A program made the position numbers and the translations under genes. The notes below the pieces were generated by a model that did no database searches, was not told the DNA's origin, and worked only from the letters and a program-made list of their open reading frames with translations. Below are positions 50,801-63,454 of a stretch of 64,000 nucleotides of DNA, in pieces. Positions within the stretch are counted from its first letter, which is position 1. Every line of letters starts with the position of its first letter. The stretch comes from Podarcis erhardii (lineage: Eukaryota): assembly GCA_964252035.1 (NCBI GenBank), contig OZ176216.1. The stretch is one strand, 5' to 3'.

Positions 50801-52801
50801 GAATTAGTGTCCAAAATTAGCCAGGTGCATTTTGCACCTGGATATTGACCACTTGCAACCAAGTGAAGATGCCTGGGCACCTGTATGGCACCTGACATAT
50901 GGCACCTGTATGGCTCCACCATCTGGAGGGGCATGCCTGGAGATCATTGGATCTTGACTGTTTTCAAACACTAATACCCAATCCTGTAGAATTCTATCAA
51001 TTATATTTTATGTGCATGATCAGAATGAATTTCAGGAACCAAAATGCTTTTCTGTGCAGCCTGTGCAGCAGCAGCGAACGACATTCTAGTTAACTGTTGT
51101 AGCTTATCTTCACTTACCCCACCGCACTGCCGTGCTCACAGTTGTGAAGGATATTCTTACGTTACGAATGGTGTGTGTCATCATTAAGAAAAAGAGGTAG
51201 GAATAGGCCAATATATATGTGGACTGTCCCTAGATAATGTGACTTTTCCTCTTTCAGTTCTCAAAGTTCTTAAACTAGTTCAAGATTGTCATCTGAACCA
51301 GCCATATGTTTAACTGATAATCAATCACATCCAGTCCATCATTTGAAAAAGAAGACTTAAGAGCCATCTTGCCCCAAAATGGCAAGTAGACTTTCTGTTT
51401 TGGAAACTGTAACCTTGGTTTAAGGAGCCATTTGGTGCCTAACATATATCTGAGTTTCTAACACTGCTTTGAATACCAGTTGCTGAGGATCATATGCAGG
51501 AGAATGCTATAATGCTCATGCCCTATTTGCAGGTTTCCCATTGGCATCTGTTTGGCAACTGTGAGAAAAGAATGCCTTTGGTCTGATTCCTATCTTCTTA
51601 TGTTTAGCAGAAGGTGTATTTAGAATACGGCAATTTGTAGGTTTCTTCTCCCAAGTGAAATAGCCAAACACTGATGGATAGATCTGATGATACATTACTG
51701 CAGAACAGACTCCTTATAATTATCAGATGACTGAAGGCTGGCAGCAAAGGAAGAGATTTAAATGATTTTTTAAAGTTTCAGGTAGAAGAGCTGGAGAGGA
51801 AGACATAGAGGTCAACTTAAGAAACAGAAGATGCTGTTTAAAAGACCCTTTGCAAATGTACAAAGATTATTGACTATACAAATGTCTAAGTGCCCAGTTG
51901 CAATGGCAAAAGCCAGAAAGCTAAGCAGCAGTTTTGAGTACTATACACGACATGAAGTAGGGCTGCATTTCAATGGTTATATATGGCAAATTTATTTTCT
52001 TCTAAATCACCCAATTAAATACATGGCAGAAAACAAGGAAGTCTTTTGCCTGCAAAAGGCAATTTCATTTTTATTTGCTGTCTTGTTATCAACACCAGTT
52101 TTCCTTTTTGGCTCTTACACAAAGTTTTAGTAGACACTTGACTGACCAACACCCAGGGCACTGACAAGCACAGCTCAACGATAAAGTTTTAGAGAAAATA
52201 CAGACAGACTAAAACATACTTTAAAAAAACCAAACTGCTGCAAGTTCAGCCTCGCTTAAAAGCCAAGCCACTAAACAAACAAGATGGCATCATCAGCCAG
52301 CCACCACCTCCTCTGTTCTCCAATCATTGGAGGTTTCATTACCACAAGCCAGTGAACTTTATTCTAGCTCCTCTTCTTGGCAACCAACGGGCTCCCTTTC
52401 TACCGAGCTAGGCCCTTCCTCACCCTTGACAACCTGAATCACCACCAAGTGCCTACAAATTATAATAGTGACAGTAAGTTAACAATGATTTTATCTCCTT
52501 ACTGCTGCAGTGTCACTTTGCCCTTTCTAAAATGTCTAACGTAGATCAGCAAGCAAATAGTTCTAGACATGAAGCCAATTTTGAGTCACGATTTCTGGAA
52601 TGAATTCTGATTCTATCCAGTTCCTGGATGATGTAACTACATTCTTGATCTGCGGGAGATACATAAAGAATAACTTATTCTTAAAAAGATGAACAGCTTT
52701 TTGTTAGTCACCTCCACTGCATCCAGTTCTTTGCCTAATGAAAAAATAAACCCTACCAACAGCTTTTTAATTTAAAAAATTACACCTGTGTGCAAAGAGA
52801 A

Positions 52802-52803
<2 letters not shown>

Positions 52804-52836
<33 letters not shown>
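52804..52836. repeat. (TG)n microsatellite
   Basis: Direct reading. Confidence 0.95.
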
Positions 52837-52838
<2 letters not shown>

Positions 52839-53367
52839 GGGTGTATTTAATTTGGTATGATACAACTGCCAGCATATACAGCTTATTAAGCCATTCCTTG
52901 GATACGGTCTTGAAAGTGAGCTTTTTCATAGATTTTTAAAGGCGAGTTATAATAAAATTGGCAGATAAGTATCATGATCTAAAGAACAACTTCAGGTGTG
53001 CCAAAGGGCCTGCATGTGACATTTTTGATTGGGGTGCTGTTGTTGTACAAAAAGTCTTATGTTTAAGTCTAAAGTCGTATTTTATGAGGAATTGGTTGCA
53101 TGGTTGTTAGTTTAGAATCTATATGCAATTTTTAAAATAAAAAAGGTTCAAGTTTGTTACCTTATTCAAGAGCGTTTATTTCAGTGTACTTCATAAAGAT
53201 ACCATTCCAACACCTACATGATTGAAACATTGGGGGGCAAAATGAAAACACAAAGGCATTATCTCCCTTCACACTGGTTGCCTTGCCCCTTTCTACTTGT
53301 ATACATGCAGCCAGCTAAGCACATTCACACGATGTTCAGCAATTATAGAAATACAATATTATTGGTA

Positions 53368-53723
53368 AATGTAAAGGTACCCCTGACCGTTAAGTCCAGC
53401 TGTGGACTCTGGGGTTGCGCACTCATCTCGCTCTATAGGCTGAGGGCGCCAGCGTTTGTCTGCAGACAGCTTCCGGGTCATGTGGCCAGCATGACTTAGC
53501 CACTTTTGGTGAACCAAAGCAGCGCACGGAAATGTCGTTTACCTTCCCGCTGGAGCAGTACCTATTTATCTACTTGCACTTGACGTGCTTTTGAACTGCT
53601 AGGTGGGCAGGAGCTGGGACCGAACAACGAGAGCTCACCCTGTCGCGGGGATTCGAACTGCAGACCTTCCATTCGGCAAGCCCTAGGCTCTGTGGTTTAG
53701 ACCACAGTGCCACCCGCGCCCCC
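53368..53723 (-). mobile_element. Full-length Sauria SINE
   Basis: A and B boxes on the minus strand (tggcactgtgg, gttcgaatcc); 12-bp TSD atattattggta (53356-53367 / 53724-53735). Confidence 0.93.
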
Positions 53724-54835
53724 ATATTATTGGTACTTAACCTCATTAAATATAATTGCCACTGTGTTACAGAAGAGATGAGGAACCACTGGCCCACAGA
53801 GACTCCAGACTTGGTCCAGAATGCCCCCTCCTTGCCCCACCACCAACTGAACCCAACAGGAGGGTTTCTTGAAACCTGTATTTGGTGTGAAATACATTTG
53901 ATGGGCTGCAGTCTGGGATGGAAAGGTTGGCCTATGATTTCTACATTGAAAATGCACCCACATTACAATTAGACTTGGGGGGGGGGGACTTCCAACCATA
54001 TTTGTGGTGATGGGAAGTTGTACACCTAGTGAATGGAAGTGTGGGTGAGGAAAAAAATGAAAGAAGGGCGCAGGCTTAGTGGATGTGTGAGTTAGCCCTG
54101 CCCACTACCAGTTCTGGCCCTGCCCACTTTGGCAACGCCACTTTCGGGTCCACCCCCATCGGCACACTCCCCCTAGAAGGCTGGCTACAAGGGAATGCAG
54201 CCTTTGAGTGAAAAAGGTTCCGCACCCTTGAATTACAGGAAATCTCATTTACACTACACAGATATAATCTAACTACCACCACTGCAGAAAGAGAAACTGA
54301 TCAAAAATAAAAGAACATGAGCTTTGTCCTCGCAAACTGGAATTTCCTCCCATGGGATTTTCTGCTAAGCACTGACGATACAGACTGCAAAGAAGGGACA
54401 GCAGGGACTTGCTCACATTTCACACTTCAGGGCACAGAAAGCAAGGAGTACTACGCACCAGGCTACCTTCCTCATAGTGAGCCAGAACCAAGGAATTCTG
54501 CCTTCCATACTATGCCAGAGAAGCATGTGATATATACTTAACACAAGTATGCACAGTAAGATTTGACCTTTAAAGAAGGAGTGGGGAATCTTGGGTCCTC
54601 TATACATTGTTGGATTCCAACTCCCATCTGCCCCAGCCAGCACTGCAAATGGTCAGGGATAGGATCCAGAGGGCCACACTGCCATATTGGAGGATATTAA
54701 AGGAGTACAATAGCACAACATCCTCAAAACCAGCAAGGGACTCCTGGAGTTTACCCCATCCTGCTGTTGAGGTATGAAAGTTATAACCGAAATTGTCCCA
54801 ATTTAGGCTACACAGAAACTGGTGTGAACGATTTA

Positions 54836-55066
54836 CAGTGGTACCTTGGGTTACTAACTTAATTCGTTTCGGAGGTCCATTCTGAACCTGAAACCGTTCT
54901 TAACCTGAGGTACCACTTTAGCTAATGGGGCCTCCCGCTGCTGCCATGCGATTTCTGTTTTCATCCTGAGGTAAAGTTCTTAACCCGAGGTACTACTTCC
55001 GGGTTAGTGGAGTCTGTAACCCAAAGTGTTTGTAACCCAAGGTGTTTGTAACCTGAGGTACCACTG
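54836..55066 (-). mobile_element. Tc1/pogo-type MITE, same family as 18071, opposite orientation
   Basis: TA TSD; TIRs cagtggtaccttgggtta / taacctgaggtaccactg; small internal duplication gtgtttgtaacc. Confidence 0.9.
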
Positions 55067-56469
55067 TAAATGGTTACATCTAACACGGAGAACATTATGA
55101 CAATAGACTATAAATAAAATCGCCACATATCATTGTGCTTTCCCAGAAGAGCTCTCATTTATTTCCTTATTGTATTTTATCTCTGCTTCTTGTATTTCTT
55201 GTATTTTATCTGTACTTGCAAAGAACTCAAGGTGGCATACATGGGTTTTCCAACCACCACCATTTTATCCCCAACAATCCTGGGAGATAGGCTAGGCTGA
55301 GAGATGGCAAACTGGCCCAAGATTACCCAGTGACCTTCATGTCTGTGTGAGGACTTGAATTTGTGCCTCCCAGATCTTCATCCAACATTCTAGCAGCTAT
55401 ACACCACACTGGCTCCAGTAAACCAAAATTGCTACTCTGAAATTGAAGCTACCCAGAACAGTCCATCTGCAGCAATTTTTAACTCACAATTATTCATTAT
55501 TCAAACCATGGGCTTGGAAGCATTGTACTGTAATGCATGCCTGAGATGCATGGCATATGAGGAAGTTTCAATTAGCTGTATCATCCATCATCTGCCATAT
55601 TTTTGCCCAAACCAAATGGAAGTCTGGAAGGCACCCAAAGGGTTATCCTATCCTGCCACCACACACGAAGGTGGATTAAGTAGATTAAAGCCAGCTCAAA
55701 ACAATGCTTCAACATCTTTCCCCTAAGAGCTTCCATAACTTTCTTGTACAACTAGTGCTCCATTTAAGCCTATGCTGCTGCAATAAAAATCCAGCAAAAT
55801 AATACAGTATTCCTTAACGTATGCAGTGCTTTTCTCTTACCACTAACAACAATCTGCCCTCATACATCTGGAATAAGGCAATGATGGGAAAGTGTTTCTA
55901 GGTCAGATAGGCAGGATTCACACAGAGACATAATCATCATTTTAGAAATTAAATAAGCACCTTAGAAATTAAATAAGCATGGTTTCAAATTCACCTAGTC
56001 TCTTCTAAGACCACCACTGCCAGAACATTTGGTTTCCTGAGAGCTTGTTTTTGAGTTTAAATCAGTACTGAATAATGACCAGAGTTTTCTGAGTTTCAGT
56101 TGGTGATAACAGAGACCCTGACTCAAATGTGTGCTCACAACAGAACATCTATCTCACAGGTTTTTGTTTTATCAGGTTTTAAAGAACCCCACAAAAACTT
56201 GCAAACAGCAACAGAAAATAAACAATGGAGCAAAGAGACAGCCATCTTGTTACAGAGGTTGAACAATCTTATTCAGCACCAATCCTGAAAATTCACATGG
56301 ACCATGTTTTCTACCATGGTGTGAGTCATCAATGACCACAACTTACTTACTAGAACATGAGCTCTGATTCTTTGGTGGAACTATTTCTGGCCCGCTGCTC
56401 CCTAGGAGAAGATCCTGTCACTAGGACATGGATATACTTCAATAACTAAGCTTGCTATAAATGCAAGAT

Positions 56470-57830
56470 CAAGTGTGGTGACTATACGACTATCTGCCTG
56501 CTGGATGCGGTTGTGGGTAGGTGTTCAGTGCAATAAGCTCCTGGCCCACAGGGAATGAGTTTGTTCCCTTGAGGCCAAGGTGGTTGAACTGAAGAAGCTG
56601 ATAAAGCCAGAGGTTAGTAGCCAAGGCCTTCAGGGTTGTGATACCTGCACCCAATTCACAAGGTGAAAGCTTCTCTGCTGTTACAGCGAATAATGGTCTC
56701 TGGGAGGAAGATTTCACTCTCAGGAAATAATCCCGGGGTTTGGGGGATAGTCTAAGCAGCTATCCTCTCACACTGATCATAACCTTCTCATTAGTGGGTG
56801 ATTTGAACATTAGGGACATAATTAGATAAGCAATGGGGGTCAATGCATAGTGTCTTGCCTGGCTGGTGTGAAGGCTGCATATGTTATGAGTTGTTTTGAT
56901 GGCCTGTTAGACAGTGCTGGGGAGGAGTCAGTGCTTATGGTGCCTCTTGGCACCAGTGATGTGGGGAACTGTAATCATGCTGTCCTGGTGTTTAGAAAAA
57001 CAAATCTAGGTTACTAGATAGGAGGATGAAAGCCAGGAGCTTCAAGGCAGCTTTCTCAGAAGAGCTAACTGTTCCATGCAGAGAGCAAGATACACAGCGG
57101 TGCAATCTCAATTCATGGGTGGGATGGTGGTGTTAGGAAAAGGTTATTGATTTGTTAGGTGCTGGCTTGTACAAAATGGATGGACTCCATCCTGGTTCAA
57201 GGATGGACTCCATCCTTGAACCAGGATGGAACCAGACTGTTGGTGCTTTGAATTGAAAAGGTGGCAGAGCATCTTTTAAACTGATTGGAAAGCCAACAGC
57301 AGCTGAGGAGCATCCAGTTCAGAACAAATTATCCTCCAGGGATGAAGGTGAAAATGTTCATGACTGCTCAAAGGAGAGAGAAGAGCTAAGCATTTCAAGT
57401 GCAAGGGTACATGATAGCAATTCAAAGATCCCAAAGGACCATAGGGTAAACACAATGCCAAAGCCAAGATTGGCCAGCTGAAGTACTTGGTACTAAGAAA
57501 GAGCACAGATATAGGGGGAATTAATGGAAATTTGGTGACATAAGAAAGAACTAGTGGGACACAGTTATCTCTGGATACAAACTCTACAGAAAGAACAGGG
57601 AAGGGGCACCCTGGGGGTGGTGTCATTGTACATCAGAGAAAATATCATCAAAGTATAAACTGCAAAAGGGGCAGACTCTGCAGAATCACTGTGTATGGTG
57701 ATATTGGGACCCGACAGTAATTAAGTACTGGGAATGTACAATTGCCTCCCTGACTAAAATGCAGAATAAAATCAATGAAGTATCCAAAGGAAAGGTAACA
57801 AAAAGCTATTGATTCCCCAGAGATGTCAAC
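56470..57830 (+). mobile_element. Decayed CR1 LINE 5' part (ORF1 esterase/SGNH region and start of the ORF2 endonuclease)
   Basis: Degenerate GD..., CL-G-K, GT-DVG and DGLH-LNQDG motifs, then an APE-like GYKLYRKNR...GGGV segment; many stops. Confidence 0.7.
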
Positions 57831-58885
57831 AGGTTCTTTATCCCAATATACCAGTTCCTGAACTCTGCTCCTGGACCAAAATTATGTATCATTATTCAAA
57901 AAAGCCTTGGGGTACTGTTGGAAGCAGGTAGGGGAAAGAAGAGGACTTCTTTTTACACCACTGTTCTCCCAGCACCTCCAGAAACTTATTCCACCAAGAG
58001 TTCTGGGAGCCAGGGGCCAATGATAACATCTGTGCAGGAAACCAGAAGCCCTTGCCCTCTTTGGACACTAACATAGTGTTAGTCAGGCCTGGTGCTTGGC
58101 AACAACCTTCTAAGGTATGGGGCTATTTTCTTCCCTATGGAAACCCTTCCTCATCTCCAGCAGGTTCCTCCACAGGTTCGGAAAGTCAGGAGCTGCTGAA
58201 GGAACAGGACAAATGAAATTGTTGCCCTATTTTATTATGCAAACTGCTCTGAATTTGTTGTTGTTGAAAAGTGGTTTATTCAAATATTTATATGCCATAC
58301 ATATTCAGGACAATTTATTTTCAAAGCTACCACTTCCACTTATGGATGTTAAGTTGCCATCTCGAGAATAGCCCCGTCTCTAAAAGCTCCACAGCATTTC
58401 CCTGACAAGCTGCATGGCTAGTTTCTGGATTGTGAACAGACAATCCTGCCACTACACAGTGTCTTACAAATTTATCAAAAGCACAGGTCAGTTTGTACAA
58501 ATGGGGAACTTCTATTTGTTCAGTGGCAAGGCTAAATGATAAGAACTCCATATAAGAAGAATAATAGATAAGTGGAAAGACAAGAAAACCAGTTTTCGGA
58601 TTGGAAATATACTAATATTTTAACAACTTTCAACTGCCAAGAGTCAACACTATTGTGAAATGACAAACTGGCCTACAACACATTTTATTTGCTAACCTAC
58701 TGAGCAAGAGATGACGTAATGCTCATGAATTAGTTTTATATGAAAACCTCCTTTAAAAGAGAAGTGAGTGCAGTAAAAAGTTGATCTAAAGCTTCTATTT
58801 TTAGAATGAAAACAATCTTCCCACAACTCACAGTATTTAGCTGCTGAAATAAACTATCAAGCTATTTTTAAGTGAAAAGACTTAC

Positions 58886-58949
58886 CAAATATTTCTCCAT
58901 TTTTGGCATATTCTGTCACAAGGTACAACATGCTTTTGGTCTCCATTAC
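58886..58949 (-). CDS. SIK2: SIK2 coding exon 3 (64 nt): [21 protein letters not shown] + G
   Basis: Manual translation matches the kinase hinge region of SIK2. Acceptor ...caatag at 58950-58951, donor gtaagt at 58885-58884. Not in the ORF track because it is too short. Confidence 0.96.
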
Positions 58950-59390
58950 CTATTGATGGAAAAATCACACATTAGTTTAATAGGCGAAAAGAATTTAAAA
59001 AACAAAATCCTAGAAATTTCTCAATAACACCCCTGCCTCCCAAAACACATCACAGGTGGCCTTTAAAAGCCAAATATTCTCATGCTACAAATATTCTAAT
59101 TTAAAAGTATGATTAAGCAGCTCCTTAAATTAGTGCCTAGACAGTGTCTTTGTTTCTTGGCCATGAAGTTCGTTAAGAGGATGTTGAGATTTCCCAGGAC
59201 CAATTTTAAGACTTAGTCTAAAGGCAGTAGGACTTCAGCCAATATACCCAAGCAATTGCTTTGCTCAACTCCTAAATTACCAGGAGACTAGATAGCATCT
59301 GGGGTCTTAGCATTGGTGTTCATGATGCTCTAAGGTAACTAACAGATACTGTGGGAGGGAAAAAGAGAAAAAACAACCACAATGCAATGT

Positions 59391-59964
59391 TACAGATAGG
59401 TAGCCGTGTTGGTCTGCCATGGTCAAAACAAGGTCAGACCTTACGCCAAAGAATAAATGGACATAAATCCGACATCAGGAACCACAAGACAGAAAAACCA
59501 GTAGGAGAACACTTCAATCTCCCAGGACATTCTATACAAGATCTCAAAGTAGCTGTTCTATTACAAAGGAATTTCAGAAATAGACTGGAAAGAGAAGCTG
59601 CTGAATTGCAACTTATCACCAAACTTAAAACTATGGAGAGACCTGGTTTGAATAAAGACATTGGATTCTTATCTCATTATACATGACAAAGCCATTTTTC
59701 ACCTTCTCACCCCTTGCTTTTTCCTGTTAGACCTATTGCAGTCGTTAAGAGTCGTCAACAGGCTCATCGCAGCTATCTGCCAATCACCCATTCCCACCAC
59801 CCTTCTGAGTAATACCCCTCCCCACCTTCTCACTATATAGAAAGGTCCGGTGACTTCTGTTTCAGTGTATCTGAAGAAGTGTGCATGCACACGAAAGCTC
59901 ATACCTAGAACTAACTCAGTTGGTCTTTAAGGTGCTACTGGAAGGAATTTTTTTATTTTGTTTT
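59391..59964 (+). mobile_element. 5'-truncated Penelope-like element: inverted 40-bp end, GIY-YIG C-terminal ORF, 3' UTR with hammerhead
   Basis: ORF GQTLRQRINGHKSDIRNHKTEKPVGEHFNLPGHSIQDLKV...GLNKDIGFLSHYT*; 13-bp TSD cacaatgcaatgt (59378-59390 / 59965-59977). Confidence 0.92.
59867..59904 (+). ncRNA. Minimal type I hammerhead ribozyme motif (PLE-associated)
   Basis: GUAU-CUGAAGA-A-GUGUG(CAUG)CACAC-GAA-AGCU-C^AUAC; 4-bp helix I. Confidence 0.72.
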
Positions 59965-62960
59965 CACAATGCAATGTGTTCTTAATCTTGGAGACAGGGT
60001 CTCAAGAGTTTGATGAATCATGAGAGTCCACTTATACAATATCAGAATCATTGTTATTCCGGCCTTCTCTCTGGGAAGGTCAAGTTGAGTACGTACTGTT
60101 ACAAAACAGCAACATGAATGTAAATCAAAAGCTGTATCTAACAAATGGGACCTTATTAACAATGTACAGTAGTGTATACCCATCCCCTGGTAATGGGAAT
60201 GCTCCTGTCTGACAGCCATGTTCTCCTACTTGGTATTATACGACAGTCAATGTGGTGCTCCACCAGATGCTAATAGACACTTCCCATCGGCCCCATCCAG
60301 TATGGCCAATGGTGAGGGATAATGGGAGTTGTCATTCAACAGCATCTGGAGGACACCTCATTGGATACCCTTGCTATATCAGTATGATGTGAATGCACAT
60401 GAGATCGCTGCCCTGCTGAAGCTAGGCAGGTCTGCAAGGGAGGTCTGGGTCAAATCAGCACCTGGATGGGTGGCCACCTGGAAACCACACATACACCATC
60501 TTGGGTTCCATGACAAAGGACATTAACATAAGAAAGCAAAAACAAATAAATGATTGGAAGTTCAAATGGTGCATTCTACTCTTCATTCATTCATTCACAC
60601 ACGGCATGCTAAGTCTTCCTTGTGCATTTTTTCCTACTTAAGTTTATTTATTTTTAATATTTTTGTTAATTAAAAAAAGGAACTCAAATATCCTTACATA
60701 CATATCCAAGGTATGTTGACCCCTGATTATCCTCTCATTACATTGTTGTCTTTTTCCTTTTTCCTTTCTTTTAAGCCTTGCTTTGTCACTGGTTGTTATG
60801 AGCAACAAGACAAAACACAAAGTGAGCCTCAAAGTTCTCATTGAATAGGTTATCTGGCTGGTAACTTTTTTAACAGCTCATAGAATGAGATTGCAGAATA
60901 AACTCTCCTTAAACTCTGAACTCCTGATCAGGATTTTTCAGTCTTGAAACTAAGATTCCTTTTTAAATTGGTTATTTTACAATACATATTCTTAGGCATC
61001 CACATAAACCTAAGCAAAAAGCTAGTCTACTAGCTCTGATGCTACAATAGATTTTAGCTTTTTGTATCTTCGGTTAATACATCCTCTCTACTCTTTTATG
61101 AAGCTTCTTTTACCAAGGGCCTTAACTGAATACAAAAAAATGTGATGTTGGCACCTAGGAACGCAAACTATTTTTCAGCTCTGTGCAGGGCTAATGCTGT
61201 GGAATTGTATCATCTCCTGAGAATTTCAAATACTTTTTCCAAATCTGGCCTCTGCCTCTGCTCAATCTAATACTGATTGCAAACCACCATGACAGAGAGT
61301 GCACTGCTGGCACTAAATGAATGTTAAGTTCATTTAATGTTAAAATATCCAATGGGCTTACCAATAAAAGTCAAGATAGAAATGCTTTTAATAATTATAA
61401 TAAATTGTATTAGTGAATTACCAGAAGTCATAACATTATTTTGTACCACCATCAACAAAACACGACCAGAATTTAACCTGGATTCCGTAATCAAGTTTCA
61501 TGTCCTGCCCAAAGTGAACACTTTTGGTATCAGAATTCAGGTGGCAACCTTTTCTATCGCCAAGGTAACTGTGCAGCCACCCTCTGGTAAGGGTGACAAG
61601 CAATCAGTCACGCCCCCAGATCTGATGCTGTAGAGGTGGGTAGGGATCATCCCAATGCTTAAGCAGCTATCTCTGCCCTCTCCCCAGTTCCAAGACTGGG
61701 AGGGTTTGGTTGCTGGAGGAGAGATACTTGAAAGAAGTCAAGGTAGCAAGTTCCCCACCCTTCTTGCAGGAAGGTTTCTTGGCTGCTTGGAGGTAAGGTT
61801 ATACCTGAAAGCTCCCCAGTGGCTTTCTCAGGAGAAAAGTGAGGTGGTGTGGTGCCCAAGATGCTAAGTTTCCCCACTAACTTAGCTCCTGCTGGTCTCT
61901 CTTGCAGGTTTTCTTGGGCAGTGCTAGGAGATGCACCAGGTGCCTCCGTCCAACAGAGGGGCAGGTCAGTATGTTTTCTGCCTTCCTTTCCTGCAGAAAA
62001 GGCTAAGGGGGGCTACCTTGGAGGGGAATGATTCACAGGCAGATAGAAACAAAAAGGGAACCCAAAGCGGTAGGATCTATCTGCTATGGTGTCCAAAGCA
62101 AATGGAAAAGGTCACATTAACCTTGCCATTAACCCAGCCTATTCTCCCTTCCCTCTTTTAAATATGAAATCATTATATAAGTATATAATAGGAATGAGTG
62201 TGATACCCTCTCATTATTGCTCAATATGAGATTAGTCACCATACATTTCTTGTTTGCTTGCACATTTGGCTCCTAGCTAACCTGTGAGCAGTAACGTCTA
62301 CCTGCAATCCCAACATGCATGGGAGTTTTAAAAGGAGGTTGCTTATTAATAAAAACTGCAAATTCTTGAAAAGTGGTGATTGTTTTGGGGTGGGGAAGTA
62401 TGAGTGGTGATAACTAGCCACTTTTACATCAAGATTGCAGACCACAAGACAGTTATTATATTCTCTTGACTACTGGAACAACTCTCCTTTGTGAACTCCA
62501 GGTTAATTTAAAAAACAACAACCCAAAGTAACACGTTTGTTTCATACTATTAGAATTGTATCCCTTGATTTATAGGTTGCTGTCAAGATTAAGACTTGAT
62601 TTAATAAAGCTGAACCACTAGACTGTTTCTGATGGTAAAATTAAAACTAACAAGACAGACCTCATTAAATCAAATCTTCCCTCTTAAACAGCAGGAAGGT
62701 TCCCATTTTGCTTGAGGCATCAACACTTAATGGGAACAATCCATTAATGTCACTGGGACACAGAGCATACAAGATGGCTCAGAACTAAAACTCCTGTTTA
62801 AATTTACATTGGATATAATCTACTGGCATTTTATTCCACGCAGATGTGTTCTGGAATAAGTTCTGTTCAATTCATTAGGCATAGTTCGGGAAGCATTCTT
62901 GAACTGTATCCTTTATCCACATATTCAGCATCTATATTTGATTACGTGTTTACTGTATGG

Positions 62961-63087
62961 CAGGGTCAGCCAACAAGATGCCCTCCAAATATCATTGGAC
63001 TCTATAAGTCCCAGTCAGCATGGCTAATGGCTAGTGGTGATGGGAGTTTAAGACCAACAACATCTGGCACTACATTGGCTACCCCTG
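62961..63087. mobile_element. Degenerate palindromic hAT-type MITE
   Basis: cagggtcagccaa ... ttggctacccctg termini; internal gatgggag motif of the 4370 family. Confidence 0.65.
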
Positions 63088-63430
63088 CTCTATTATGATG
63101 TTCAGCTCATGTAAGGCACCAAATGCAAAATAGAACGGCAAAACCTGAATGCCCACTCTCAGCTTCAGTTTAATATATTTTTTTCGCATTTCAAACAGCT
63201 ACCTACTCAAAATAAAAGCTAAGTTCACCGAACAAACAACACTGATTTAACTTTGATATAGAGATGAATGCTTGATCACATAATAATTTGGACCGATTCC
63301 TGCATGTGCCCTACCATCAGACATGTGAGGTTTAATGGAGGGCATGTGGCCTTTGAAAAGCTTTGATGGAGACTTAATTTATGCTTAACTTGTGCTTACG
63401 ATGAAAATCTTGCCTGTGACACTGGATTAG

Positions 63431-63454
63431 GTGTGTGTGTGTGTGTGTGTGTGT
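63431..63454. repeat. (TG)n microsatellite
   Basis: Direct reading. Confidence 0.95.

Noticed and set aside
51684-51735. Possible C/D box snoRNA (TGATGA...CTGA)
   Set aside because: About 50 nt only, imperfect C box, no terminal stem. Similar short pairs at 29093, 45304 and 47229 were rejected for the same reason.
53630-53723. tRNA-like A/B boxes
   Set aside because: They belong to the Sauria SINE head; there is no tRNA cloverleaf.
55942-55979. 20-bp-period tandem duplication ttagaaattaaataagca x2
   Set aside because: An ordinary local slippage duplication.
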